A stretch of 64,000 nucleotides of DNA from an uncultured virus (IMG/VR IMGVR_UViG_3300043107_000144). Its lineage: Duplodnaviria; Heunggongvirae; Uroviricota; Caudoviricetes. A program made the translations under genes and the position numbers. The stretch lies in IMG/VR virus record IMGVR_UViG_3300043107_000144; one strand, written 5' to 3'. Shown in pieces: positions 9,971 to 20,600 of the stretch (its first letter is position 1; each line of letters opens with the position of its first letter). The notes under the pieces are model-generated. The model had not been told where the DNA came from and did not search any database. It was given only the letters and a program-made list of their open reading frames with translations.

Positions 9971-11563
9971 CTAACTCCAGAATGAATCATCATATATATT
10001 ACATTTCACACGTTCAGGCTCTACCTGTTCCGTTTCATATCCGTTCTTCATCTCCAGCTCTCCGCCATATTCGAACTGGTCGTATGCAGACATAAGCATG
10101 GAGAATACATCAAGCACATCCATCGAGCGGCCTTTACCTAGCAGGCTGTTCATCTCCTTCTTTGTCGGGAGTCGCTTCTTTCCGTCAGGCATCGTATTGA
10201 AGTAGACAGAGCTGCACTCATCGCAGAACTCCGTAAGGATGGTAATCGGGTGGAGCTTCTGATGCTCATACACCGCACCTGCTACACTCTCGTCAATGGA
10301 TAGCCTTCTTTCGTTGATGGCATTGACAAGGCGCATATAGCTCTCATCCTTTCTTAGCTTGAACTCCCTTCTGTACTTTCCGCGAGGAGCATAGGAAGAG
10401 ATGTATGCCGTAGCATTTGGTATATAGTCAAGTACGTAAGCCGCACGTGTTCCATCGTAGATGATATGACTGTCGGGTATGTTATGTTTTTCGGCCATGA
10501 TTTTCATCCAGTCGCAGTTCTGACGCGGAGTGGACTTCTGTACAATCTTATAGTCAAAGCAGTGAAGACCGTCGAACGCAAATATCATCGTGTTGTCTGT
10601 TCCAACGTCCGCCACGTCCGCCACCACATATTTAATACCGTTTCTCTGCTCATCGTTAAGAACAAGAGCATGTGCGGCAGATGGTTTTATCAGCTGCTCT
10701 TCCATTGACTGAATATCTGCGTTCCATGAACCAAGAAGAAGCGCCTCGCCAACCTTACCTGCGACGTTTCCTACGTAGTCGGGGTTGTTTTCAAGAAGGG
10801 CGGTGTTTTCCGAGAGATTGCCAAGGATGAATGTAAAGGACTTAATGAAGTTCTCATACGTCGCCACACCGTTCATCTTTTTAATCTTTCTATCAATGCT
10901 AGGCTTACATTTCATGTACACCTCTTCCTTTGTATCGCCCCATACGTAGTCCTCTACGGAATCTCCGTCGAGGTAGAGGTATCTGACTACTCCACTCTTT
11001 TCAGGGTCAACAAGACCATCAGGCCCGATATACCAGTCAAGCAGCTTCCTGACCCAATGCGACTTGGACGGGTTGGTGGTTGCCCTGACCTTGCCCGACC
11101 ATCCTGACTTACCACGGACACGCGAAGTGATGTAGTTCCACGTGAAGAACTCATAACCGGTAAGCTCCTCAAAGAAAGCGGCATCCGCCTGCATACCCTT
11201 GAAAGTCTCTATGATTTTGGAAGGGGATTCATCCTGAAGCTGATGACAGTCAATAAAAGCTCCACTGCTTTTAAAGGTGATTCTTGGGTTATCGGACATT
11301 TTGACCGTTATGGAATCTCCGTATGCCGCCTTGAAATCATCCGTGATAGAACCTGTCGTTTTCAGCTCCTTTAATGTCTTACGGAAGAATACCGCACGGT
11401 ACTTCGGGTCAAGTGAAGGTTCTGCGTTGGCAAGGATAGCGCCAAAGGACTTACCGCCACCAAGCGTACCACCGAATATGGCAATGTCGGTATTGCATCT
11501 TACGAATGCTTCCTGTCCGCCAACCTGCGGCTGTATGATTTTTATATTCTTGCTTTCTGACAT
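9971..11563 (-). CDS. terL: Terminase large subunit
   Basis: Walker A GGTLGGGKS, Walker B AAFFEE, motif III ATTNP, RNase H-like ADVADVGTD; likely start MSESKNIK at 11563. Confidence 0.9.
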   Translation of the reverse strand: MSESKNIKIIQPQVGGQEAFVRCNTDIAIFGGTLGGGKSFGAILANAEPSLDPKYRAVFFRKTLKELKTTGSITDDFKAAYGDSITVKMSDNPRITFKSSGAFIDCHQLQDESPSKIIETFKGMQADAAFFEELTGYEFFTWNYITSRVRGKSGWSGKVRATTNPSKSHWVRKLLDWYIGPDGLVDPEKSGVVRYLYLDGDSVEDYVWGDTKEEVYMKCKPSIDRKIKKMNGVATYENFIKSFTFILGNLSENTALLENNPDYVGNVAGKVGEALLLGSWNADIQSMEEQLIKPSAAHALVLNDEQRNGIKYVVADVADVGTDNTMIFAFDGLHCFDYKIVQKSTPRQNCDWMKIMAEKHNIPDSHIIYDGTRAAYVLDYIPNATAYISSYAPRGKYRREFKLRKDESYMRLVNAINERRLSIDESVAGAVYEHQKLHPITILTEFCDECSSVYFNTMPDGKKRLPTKKEMNSLLGKGRSMDVLDVFSMLMSAYDQFEYGGELEMKNGYETEQVEPERVKCNIYDDSFWS

Positions 11564-11588
11564 CGCTAAAGTGGTTAATGAACTATCG

Positions 11589-11703
11589 CAAAAATACCTT
11601 ATAATACATCTACTTTGCGTTTTACCCAAAATTAATCTCAACCGATACGGTTAAACTCCGCATATTTCGTATTGCACGAAAGCAAACCGTTAATTTATTT
11701 TTG
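11589..11703. promoter_or_regulatory. Divergent promoters for the packaging (-) and head (+) operons
   Basis: TATTTTTG on - at 11596-11589 and on + at 11696-11703. Confidence 0.55.
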
Positions 11704-11730
11704 CATGAATAATATTAAATTTTCACAGAT

Positions 11731-12402
11731 ATGAAGTTCACCCAAAACGAAGCAGCTAAAAAAATTAGCGCAATCTTGACAAGAGGCGGCAAAAAATGCT
11801 ATCTCTCAGAGAGAACAATCAACGAGCAGGTAGACACCCTATGCAAGCTCTTGGTAAATGACGAGACGGAACTTGACGACTTCATTCAGAAGGCAGAGCC
11901 AATCTTTAAAACAATGAACGGCAATGTACAGAATGACCAAGCAAGTTTTATCAATCAGTGGAATACAGACCACCCCGCTCCTGAACCACCCAGTGGTGAT
12001 GTGAAGCCTAACGCAACCGAACCGGCGCCAAGCAAGGAGATGCAGGAACTTCGCGAGAAGGTACAGCAACTACTTGATATGCAGGCTAAGAGCAATGAGC
12101 AGCGCATCCTCTCAGAGAAAAGAAACGAGTTGATAGCAAAACTTAAAGAAAAAGGTGTAAAGGACAGTGAGTGGATTGATTCTTTCGTTGGTGAGATTTC
12201 AATCTCGGCTGATTTGGATGTTGAGAAGAAGGCTGACGACTACCTGAAGCTCTACAACAAGAGCGTGGCAGGTGGCGCAGGACAGCAAGGCCCGACACCA
12301 ATGACACCGGGCGGTGGAAATTTAGACGACAACGATTCTCTCAAACTGGCTTCACAGATGGCAAAGCAGAAGAGAGAGTCAGAAGAAAACAGATTTAAAT
12401 AA
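11731..12402 (+). CDS. Putative capsid scaffolding protein
   Basis: Coiled-coil with Pro/Gly-rich linkers; first gene of the head operon. Confidence 0.55.
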   Translation: MKFTQNEAAKKISAILTRGGKKCYLSERTINEQVDTLCKLLVNDETELDDFIQKAEPIFKTMNGNVQNDQASFINQWNTDHPAPEPPSGDVKPNATEPAPSKEMQELREKVQQLLDMQAKSNEQRILSEKRNELIAKLKEKGVKDSEWIDSFVGEISISADLDVEKKADDYLKLYNKSVAGGAGQQGPTPMTPGGGNLDDNDSLKLASQMAKQKRESEENRFK

Positions 12403-12410
12403 TATTTGAT

Positions 12411-13145
12411 ATGGCTGAAATTACAAAAAATACACTTGGTTATTTTGCAGGTCGTACCCTTGTAAGCCAGTCCAGTAAGATTGGTGGTTCACGAGATGTA
12501 TTCGTGAAGCTGCAAGGTCTGCACAATGATTTGGTATTCCCGACTTTGGGTGGTAATATCAAGAACCCTTTCAAGGGCGCAGCTAAGGCATACGCAGCTG
12601 ACCTTGTTTGGTACAAGACGAACGACGAGGGTTTGAAGCCGGATATTTACCTGCTGAAAACATACGAGGTCGTTTCCGCTGACGGTGCTACCGTGAACAT
12701 CGCACGCGACGGTTATCGTCATATCCCGTTTGCAGGCGATATTCTGACTATCGCACCGAAGGAAATCGGTGGTACGGGCGAGGCTCTTACAGTTGTTTCC
12801 GTAAAGAAAACCACCGTTGATTCTGCGGACGTATGGGCACTTACACTTTCTGCAGCTCCCTCTACTGCTCCCGCAGCAGGCGATGTACTTGTAGAGGCTG
12901 ACGAGAACGGCAAGATGCTTGTTGAGCAAATCAACGCTTGTCTTCCCTGTGACTACGACTTCTCTTACTCTCAGGCAACGACCACTGATGATGAGGACGA
13001 CTTTGAGTCGGCTCGTTATATGATTACCCCCGCCTTGGGTGTTCGTGCATACATTAAGAAAATGAGCGTTCTGCCGGCTTGCGTCTTGGCTCTTAACGAG
13101 GCAAAGGTAAACGGTTGGTTTGAGCGCCACGGTGTTATTGTTTAA
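12411..13145 (+). CDS. Putative head decoration / auxiliary capsid protein
   Basis: Beta-rich 244 aa between scaffold and major capsid gene. Confidence 0.5.
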   Translation: MAEITKNTLGYFAGRTLVSQSSKIGGSRDVFVKLQGLHNDLVFPTLGGNIKNPFKGAAKAYAADLVWYKTNDEGLKPDIYLLKTYEVVSADGATVNIARDGYRHIPFAGDILTIAPKEIGGTGEALTVVSVKKTTVDSADVWALTLSAAPSTAPAAGDVLVEADENGKMLVEQINACLPCDYDFSYSQATTTDDEDDFESARYMITPALGVRAYIKKMSVLPACVLALNEAKVNGWFERHGVIV

Positions 13146-13166
13146 TCTTAAAAATTTGTATAGACT

Positions 13167-14357
13167 ATGGCAAAATTTGATTTTAATAACAGCCGGTACG
13201 TTAAGATGTTCGAGGACTCTCTGGAGGGTAAGAATATCATCAATTATATCTTGTCTGACCCGAACCTGCTCCGCGCCAACTACGACGCATGGAAGAACTG
13301 GTTTAGAGTAGACTCCAACGTCACACCTACCGCAGCAGATGGTACCGCTTCCTTTACGGTATCCGCTCGTGAGCCGGAGCACTCCGATTTGATGGATTGG
13401 AGAGCACCTTTGGGTGATTCAAGAGTTGCCCGTGAAGGTCAGTCAGTGAAGTATTCAGGAACCATCATCGACTTCATCTCAAAAGGATGGCAGGAGAAAG
13501 CAATGGAGAGAGAGTACAAGGAGAAACTTTTCAACGAGTTTGGCTCTGACGCACCTTTGTTGCTCGGCTACGCAGAGAACGTATTGCAGCCGCGCCTTGA
13601 CTCGGCCAACCAGACCCTGACCGCAATGTCAGCTCAGGTAATGACAAATGGTTTCGTCAAGTACATGCACGGACAAGGCATTACAGGTAATGTCTACAAG
13701 GCAGCTATCCCTGAGAAGAACTTCGCAAAAGCTCTCTCAAAAATCTGGACTGACCCCGAATGTCAGCTCTTGGATGAGATGGTTGAGCTGGAGAGAATCT
13801 ACAGAGAGGATGTATGGGGATTGCCCAACATCGGACTTCAGTGGTGGATTGACCGCGACACGATGGTAAACGTGTTCCTGAAGAACAAACAGGTCATTGA
13901 TACTATCAAGACCAACTGGTTGCTCTCAAAAGGTCAGCTCATCTCTCAGACAGACAGCGTTGCCGCTTCCGTTGTTTCCATCGAATCGTTCAACACTTAT
14001 GTAATCGGTAAGATTGAAGGCTTGTCGCCTATCCATGTTATCTCCGAGAAACAGAGCAATGACGGTACGATTGTCAGCAGCTGGAAGAAAGGTACAGCCG
14101 TTCTCTGCCCCACGGGTTACAGCGGTATTGTCCTGCACACCGACATCTTGGATGAGGTTCTTTACACCAAGTATGGCAACAGCTTGCAGACACGTGCATT
14201 CGGTAAGACCATGGATGGTTTGGTAACAGTCATGAACTACATGCTGCCCGATGGTAACATGAAGCTCTGGGGTACCGACTTCTTCATGAGTGCCGTACCG
14301 GTACTGGATGACTTCCTGTACCACGTAATCGTTGATTACACCCAAGTAAAAGACTAG
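13167..14357 (+). CDS. Major capsid protein
   Basis: 396 aa; position in the head operon; followed by a strong terminator. Confidence 0.75.
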   Translation: MAKFDFNNSRYVKMFEDSLEGKNIINYILSDPNLLRANYDAWKNWFRVDSNVTPTAADGTASFTVSAREPEHSDLMDWRAPLGDSRVAREGQSVKYSGTIIDFISKGWQEKAMEREYKEKLFNEFGSDAPLLLGYAENVLQPRLDSANQTLTAMSAQVMTNGFVKYMHGQGITGNVYKAAIPEKNFAKALSKIWTDPECQLLDEMVELERIYREDVWGLPNIGLQWWIDRDTMVNVFLKNKQVIDTIKTNWLLSKGQLISQTDSVAASVVSIESFNTYVIGKIEGLSPIHVISEKQSNDGTIVSSWKKGTAVLCPTGYSGIVLHTDILDEVLYTKYGNSLQTRAFGKTMDGLVTVMNYMLPDGNMKLWGTDFFMSAVPVLDDFLYHVIVDYTQVKD

Positions 14358-14391
14358 TAGGATTGTTCTTCATAGTTGTTTACTAAACTTC

Positions 14392-14442
14392 ACAGGAGCG
14401 GCTTTTCCCGGATTTGTGGGATAAGGTCGCTCCTGTACTTTT
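14392..14442 (+). terminator. Intrinsic terminator after the capsid gene
   Basis: ACAGGAGCGGC...GTCGCTCCTGT stem followed by T-rich run. Confidence 0.65.
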
Positions 14443-14509
14443 AACCGTATCGGTTGAGATAGAAAAGAGCATATATTTTACATTTTACATAATATAATAT
14501 TTTTGCGAT

Positions 14510-14878
14510 ATGCAAGAGTTTGATTTGATTACATATATGGGCAGTATGACGGGATATACCTTTACCCGTGAGCAGCTGGAGGGAATTGTTACCAACCGCG
14601 GGCTGGGCGATGTCACATCCTTTTCGGAGCTTACGTTAAAGGACAGGAACCTCATGCTTGCAGATATGCTGTTTATCATCTATACAACTCCTACCTCTAC
14701 GGGTTCCGTTTCCAAGCAGCACGGAGATTATTCTGTTACGGTTGGTGCCATGCAGATTACCGACAAGGATAACATCTATAAGCTCATGACTGCATTGTAC
14801 TCGAATCCGGAGCAGGAGCTGAATCAGACACTGGCGACTTATCAGGGTGGTGTATGTTGGATTAATGAGTTTGACTAG
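14510..14878 (+). CDS. Putative head-tail adaptor
   Basis: 122 aa after the capsid gene; SVSKQHGDYSVT resembles the adaptor beta-hairpin. Confidence 0.5.
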   Translation: MQEFDLITYMGSMTGYTFTREQLEGIVTNRGLGDVTSFSELTLKDRNLMLADMLFIIYTTPTSTGSVSKQHGDYSVTVGAMQITDKDNIYKLMTALYSNPEQELNQTLATYQGGVCWINEFD

Positions 14879-14880
14879 TT

Positions 14881-15285
14881 ATGCCGATACTTGAAGATAT
14901 GCTTTCAGTGGATATTGTAGATTATCCGTACACGGGTGCTTTTTACACCACGGATATAGCGGATAGTGGAGGCTTGATTGGAAACAAGCAGACAGAAACA
15001 CTTATCTGCGAGGTCAAGTGTGATATTCAGAAGACAGCAAAGATGCACAATGGCAACCTTCTTGCCGCGGCATATACGATATACTTCCCGCTGGAGAAGA
15101 ACGAAACAGCAGAAAGCACCGTTGATAAGTTCAATGATATTCTCGTTCGAAGAGCCATGACCTTCAAGGGAAAGTTCTACGGAGTGAATATCGAAGGAGA
15201 GGTAGAGTTAATACGTCCTTCCCAGCTAGGGGGATGTTCAGTGGATATTAAAGTGGTTACGGAAGATGAAGAAAGTAAGTCTTAG
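14881..15285 (+). CDS. Putative head closure / stopper protein
   Basis: Beta-rich 134 aa; gene order. Confidence 0.45.
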   Translation: MPILEDMLSVDIVDYPYTGAFYTTDIADSGGLIGNKQTETLICEVKCDIQKTAKMHNGNLLAAAYTIYFPLEKNETAESTVDKFNDILVRRAMTFKGKFYGVNIEGEVELIRPSQLGGCSVDIKVVTEDEESKS

Positions 15286-15778
15286 CTATCTTAAAAGAAA
15301 CCTAGAGGCCCGAACGGTTACTAGGCTTCAGAAAATCGGTCAGGACTTCGTCAATATGGCGGAGCGAAAGATGGATAGCAGGCTTAACATCGACACGTTG
15401 AACCTGTCTGCTGGATTTGCTTTTGCGGTCTACCTAAGAGGTAAGATTGCCTATAACACAGACCGCGAGCAAGCACTTGGTTTTTCTCCAATGATGCAGG
15501 AAGACCTCGGCACTCATAAGGGATGGGCAAAGCATGGCATACCCGATGGTAATGCTGCTGTATGGTGTTGGGATTTCTTCGCCAAGTACAAGCCACCCAC
15601 GAAGAAGTTCTGCCTTGTGATAGTAAACCCCACCTACTACGCTAGAATCCTTGAAGACGGGAAGCAGCGCTATGGTGTCGGAAATAAGTTCAGGATACTC
15701 ACCTACCTTCTTGGCGAGGCGGAGCGCATATCCACCGAAGCCTTTAAGGAGAGAGTGCTTGATGTTAGTGTTTTATAG
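15266..15778 (+). CDS. Putative neck protein (HK97 gp10-like)
   Basis: DTLNLS and NPTYYARILE motifs; basic; gene order. Confidence 0.45.
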   Translation: MKKVSLSYLKRNLEARTVTRLQKIGQDFVNMAERKMDSRLNIDTLNLSAGFAFAVYLRGKIAYNTDREQALGFSPMMQEDLGTHKGWAKHGIPDGNAAVWCWDFFAKYKPPTKKFCLVIVNPTYYARILEDGKQRYGVGNKFRILTYLLGEAERISTEAFKERVLDVSVL

Positions 15779-15788
15779 AATGTGAGCT

Positions 15789-16193
15789 ATGGAAAAAGTA
15801 AAGAGCATATCAGAGATTGAAGACCACCTGTACAGAAAGCTGAAAGCTGTATCGGACAGTGTGGTGTTTACCGACGTGTATGCCGGCACACTTCCATCTA
15901 CGCTTACAAAAGGAGTGGATAATTTTGTTCTCATAGACTGCGAGAATGCCATCTATGGGAACGGTGCATACAGTAAAGGGACGATTGGCATATACCTCTA
16001 CGCATTACCTTCAGGCAAGGTAAAGAATGTAGATACGCTCTACCTGATGGAGCAGGCTTATGACAAGTTCCTTGACAATAACGATGGAGATGATGAAGAG
16101 GAGTATCACTTTGCAGAGCTTTACCGCAAGAGCGGATACGATTCATCCTACGGTATGCACTACGTATTTTCGGCTATCAACTTGATTGTTTAA
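15789..16193 (+). CDS. Putative tail terminator
   Basis: 134 aa immediately before the tail tube gene. Confidence 0.5.
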   Translation: MEKVKSISEIEDHLYRKLKAVSDSVVFTDVYAGTLPSTLTKGVDNFVLIDCENAIYGNGAYSKGTIGIYLYALPSGKVKNVDTLYLMEQAYDKFLDNNDGDDEEEYHFAELYRKSGYDSSYGMHYVFSAINLIV

Positions 16194-16212
16194 TAATATT
16201 ATTTTAACAAAA

Positions 16213-16794
16213 ATGGCAAAGAAGTTATTTACAAAGGCAAAAGAAATCCTTATCGGAGTTTACAACGAGGGTGAGGAGGATACTGGTGTTGATTCAGTAG
16301 TTGCTCTTGACTATGTTGTTGCCGATTCGTTGTCTATCAACCCCGACGACGCGGAGGAGACGACCATTGATTGCGAGACTTCCGATTCTCCCATCTTGGA
16401 CGACTATACCCAAGGAGATGTCAAGGTTGACCTTAACAACGCATCGCTTGATGCCGACTTCCTGCAAAAGGTAATCGGCTGGGTTGCTATCAAGAACGGT
16501 GAGAAAACGGGTTATGCCGCACCGAAGGTTTACTCAACTCGCTACATTGCGCTGCAGATTAAGTTCTCCGCCTCTAGCTATGTTTACTTGCCCAAGATTG
16601 CAATCTCTCCGAAGGTTGTGTTTGAGAGCTTGAAGACGAATGCCGCTTACGGTACACTTTCCGGTACTGCATTGTGCGCAGAAATCACTGGCTGGACTGA
16701 TGCTGACGGTAATCCGGCAGAGAGCGCTATCACTACCATCGACTCTCCTATCTTGGAGAAAGGTAAGGATACCGCAGAGAATACCGGTGATTAA
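16213..16794 (+). CDS. Major tail tube protein
   Basis: Acidic, beta-rich, about 193 aa from MAKKLF; upstream of chaperone and tape measure; terminator follows. Confidence 0.7.
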   Translation: MAKKLFTKAKEILIGVYNEGEEDTGVDSVVALDYVVADSLSINPDDAEETTIDCETSDSPILDDYTQGDVKVDLNNASLDADFLQKVIGWVAIKNGEKTGYAAPKVYSTRYIALQIKFSASSYVYLPKIAISPKVVFESLKTNAAYGTLSGTALCAEITGWTDADGNPAESAITTIDSPILEKGKDTAENTGD

Positions 16795-16832
16795 GGTAGA
16801 CAGATAGGATTTTTAGGCTAACAAATCTTTTT

Positions 16833-16869
16833 AGGGCGGTAGGCTTGATTGCCGCCGCCCTTGATTTTT
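16833..16869 (+). terminator. Intrinsic terminator
   Basis: AGGGCGGT...GCCGCCCT stem followed by T run. Confidence 0.6.
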
Positions 16870-16882
16870 ATAAAGAACAAGT

Positions 16883-17368
16883 ATGAAAGAAACAAAGAAC
16901 AACGAGAATGGTTTGAGTATTGATTCGCAGCTACGTCTTGCGAGTATTCTCAACGATACCACCACCAAGGTGCATCTTGGCGGCAGGATATTTGAGATAC
17001 GCGCCCTTCGTGCCGGTACGCAGTACCTTATCGCGGAGGAGGCGGCAAGGATAGCAAAGAGTGGAGAGGACTTTTCGGATATTGTCAAGCGCTTTGCCGA
17101 GGATGTACCGCGGGTTGTCAGGTGTATCACCCTTGCCGTGCTTAACGACAAGGAGAAGATTCAATCCCGTGAGTATCAGGATATGTATGACTTTATCATG
17201 TATGAGACTGACCCGAAGGAGTGGTTGCCGCTGCTTATGCAGGTGCTGCAGATGCTTGATTTGAGCTTTTTTTTTGCGATTTTACCGCAGATAGATTTGT
17301 TCCGTCAGATGACCCTGATGAAAAAGACTCAAATAGAAGCGCAGTCATCCGAGCTACAAGCGAAGTAG
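16883..17368 (+). CDS. Tail assembly chaperone (gpG-like)
   Basis: Between tail tube and tape measure; contains T9 slippery tract at 17267-17275. Confidence 0.7.
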   Translation: MKETKNNENGLSIDSQLRLASILNDTTTKVHLGGRIFEIRALRAGTQYLIAEEAARIAKSGEDFSDIVKRFAEDVPRVVRCITLAVLNDKEKIQSREYQDMYDFIMYETDPKEWLPLLMQVLQMLDLSFFFAILPQIDLFRQMTLMKKTQIEAQSSELQAK

Positions 17369-17613
17369 GAATGATGTGTGACTTCCTGAAGGCTTTTCCG
17401 TTCGTATCAATGGACGATTACCTTTGGAAGTACAGCGTACCGATGATTCGCATTATGAGCAGCGACGCATCCTATACGCTCTATCTTACGGAGAAACAGG
17501 CTAAGGAGTACGAGCGCTACAGAGATGAGCATTGTCCCGTTGGTTATACAGACCCTGACAAACTGATGAACGACTTGGGTCTTCCCGTGTTCAAGAAGAA
17601 AACTAATAATTAA
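17267..17613 (+). CDS. Tail assembly chaperone -1 frameshift extension (gpGT-like)
   Basis: The -1 frame is open from the T9 tract (FFCDFTADRFV...SEVGMMCDFLKAF) through ORF 17371-17613. Confidence 0.7.
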
Positions 17614-17629
17614 ATGGTTATTAAATATT

Positions 17630-20600
17630 ATGGCTGATAGTGAAGTAGTAGGTATAAAGATAGAAGTCGATGAGGCCAACCTTAACAATGCCGCAAAAGC
17701 TGTTAAGGATGCTGTATCCGGCATACGTACCACCGTAGAGAGCGAGATGAGAGCCGTTAGCGACGCCATCTCCAACATTCCTGCCGCAGGTATAGAAGAG
17801 CTGGCGGGCAAGTTGAACTCACTGAAGGCGGCAATCGGAGATATGAACGTCAGCAAGAACCTGACGGAATCCATGAAGGCTATCAAGAGCCTTGCCGACA
17901 TAAAGGATACAACCGCACTTGAAAAGGTAACAACAATGCTCTCCGAGCTTCAATCAAAAACGGGCGGCAACGGACTGGAGAAGACCTCAAGGGACATAAA
18001 GCAGGTTAAAGAAGAGGCAGACAAGGCTGCTGAATCCATATCCAATATGGCGCAGCAGGTATCTGCCACCGCTGACTCTTCAGGTCTTGGTTTCTTCGGG
18101 AGGTTGAAAGAGAAGATTATAAAGGCGACCGATGAACTCACCTCCGACCCGTATGAAAAAGCAGAGAGTGAGCAGGAGAGAAAGAGCACGGAACGGGCGA
18201 CGGAAGCACTGCGTGAAAAGAACAAGGTGCAGAAGGAGACCAATGAGCTGTACAGAAGCCTCTCAACAACCATACAGCAGTTTACCGGTGCACTCTCACA
18301 GCTTCAGAGTGTACTTGACAAGGTGGCGCAGAAACACAGGACAGCAGGTAAAGCAGCAAAAGAGCAGACGGTAGACATAGAGGAGTTGAAGAACAGAATC
18401 AGTACCGTTGCTTCTGATAAGTCCATCGGCAAGCAGAGCGTAGCTTGGATAACAAACACAATCAACGATATTAATACCGCCATGCGCAGTATTGGTGTAG
18501 ACCGCGAGACCGAGCAGTGGTTTGCCAATATCAAGCAGAGCCTGACGGATATACGTAAGCTGCGTGAATCTGCTACCAGCGTAAAGGAAGCGGGTAAGGA
18601 GAGCAACGCAGAGAAAGAGCTGAACCAGTTATATACAGAGCGGTTAAGACTTCTCGGTCAGCTCAATTCTGCAGGCAGAACAATCGAGGTATCGCTTGCA
18701 AAGAACAATACCTCTACCGTAGAAACAGAGAACTACTTCAGCGCCATCAAGAAACAGATTGATGAACTGGACGCAAAGATAGCCGAGGCAAAAGGAAGGC
18801 TTGGCGACTTAGGTTCAAGCGCCACAAAAGTATTCGACGAGAAGACTATTCTTGCCGAAGCAAAGGCTGCGTCTCAACTTGCCGAAGCGCTCAATAAGGT
18901 AAGCATGGCGAAGCAGAAGCTGGAACAGACAGACCTGTCGAAGGCACAGACAAGTGTCCGCTCCATGTACAATCAGATTCTTCAGCTTGGAAGACTTCAG
19001 GAAAGTCTTTTCTCCACGCAAGGTAAATTTGCTGCCGGTTCAGAGAACTACGACAAGGCAGCAGAAGGTATCAAACGCATAGAGGAAAGAATCACCACCC
19101 TTCGCGAAAGAATCCAAGAGCTAAAATCCAAGTACGGAGAATCAAACTTCACGGATGCCGAGCAGCAGTATGCTATCAAGTCTACCGCGCAGCAGGTAAA
19201 GATAGCAGAGGATGCGGAGAAGGAGAAGACCTCCATTGCAGCACGTGAGGCAGCAGAGAGAAGAGCCAATGAGATACATGAAGCCAAGCTGGCGACGGAA
19301 GAGGCGAAGAGACTTCGCTTAGAGGCGGCAGCAAGCAACTTGGACGCACGCACCATCGCCACGCAAACAAAGACATCGACCTCTCAATCTAAGGAAGAGA
19401 GAGAGATTGAGCTTCAAAGAGAACGCGAGAAAGAGATTGCACGTGTAAGAGAGCAGATTGACGCACTTGACAAGGCAGACAAAGACTACGCAGAGAACCT
19501 TACAAGGCTCAATGCTATCCTTACCAACCTTATCAACAAGAAGTCCGCCAATGCCGCTACGACAAGAACAGCTACCGCAGAGGAAGCAAGAGAAGCTGTT
19601 GCTATTGCCAACAATACAAAATCTCTGAAGGACTATATCAATGCCCGCCAAAAGCTCATCAGTGCAATGAGCGGAATGAACAGCACAAGTGCAGAGTGGC
19701 AGAGACTTAACGCACTCCTTGCTGATACGACCAGAAATATCGACCGTATCAAACAGAAGATGGGCGAACTGAACAGTAAGGCGAAAGAAACCAATACACT
19801 TGCCTCGCAGCTGCGTAATCAGTTTGCCGCGCTATTCTCTATCTCCGCTATCAAGGGATTCATTACGAAGATGGTTGAGGTACGAGCACAGTTTGAGCTT
19901 CAGCGCATTGCATTGGGCGCTATCATTCAGGATGTAGACCGTGCAAACGACGTATTCAAGGAAGTTCAGAACATGGCCCTTGAATCTCCGTTCTCCATCA
20001 TGCAGCTGGAACGTGCCACCAAGCAGATTGCAGCTTTTGGTGTAGAGGCGGATAAACTGAAACCATCTATCAAGATGCTTGCGGATATTTCCGCAGGTTT
20101 GGGTGTTGATATTGACCGACTTATCCTTGTCTACGGACATATCAAGGCAAACAACGCACTCCAGCAGCTTCACGTTCGTCAGTTTACCAATGCAGGATTC
20201 AATATCGCACAGAACCTTGCCGATTACTTTACGGAGATTGAGGGAAAGATGGTGAGCGTTGCCGATGTGACAGATAGAATCCACAAGAAGATGGTTACGT
20301 TTGCCGATGTAGAGGAAGTGCTTAGACGTGTGACAAGCGCCGGCGGTATGTTCTATGATATGCAGAAGAAACAGTCAGATTCTCTTTGGGGACAGATGCA
20401 GCGTATCAAAGACCAGTATGACCTTATGCTTAATGAGATTGGCCAGAGTAGTCAGAACAGTATATCATGGGTTCTTACAACTATCCGTGCTCTTATCAAG
20501 CACTGGAGAGAGTTTTCGAATATAGTAAAAGGCCTTTCATACGTATTCGCAGGATGGGCGGCATACAAAATACTGTTTGGTGTTATCGCTAGCCTAGGAG

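Noticed and set aside
12489..13382. Long antisense ORFs (also 28477-29205, 35997-36590, 47216-47594, 60212-60766)
   Set aside because: Shadows of real genes or of repeats on the opposite strand, with no start context or motifs.
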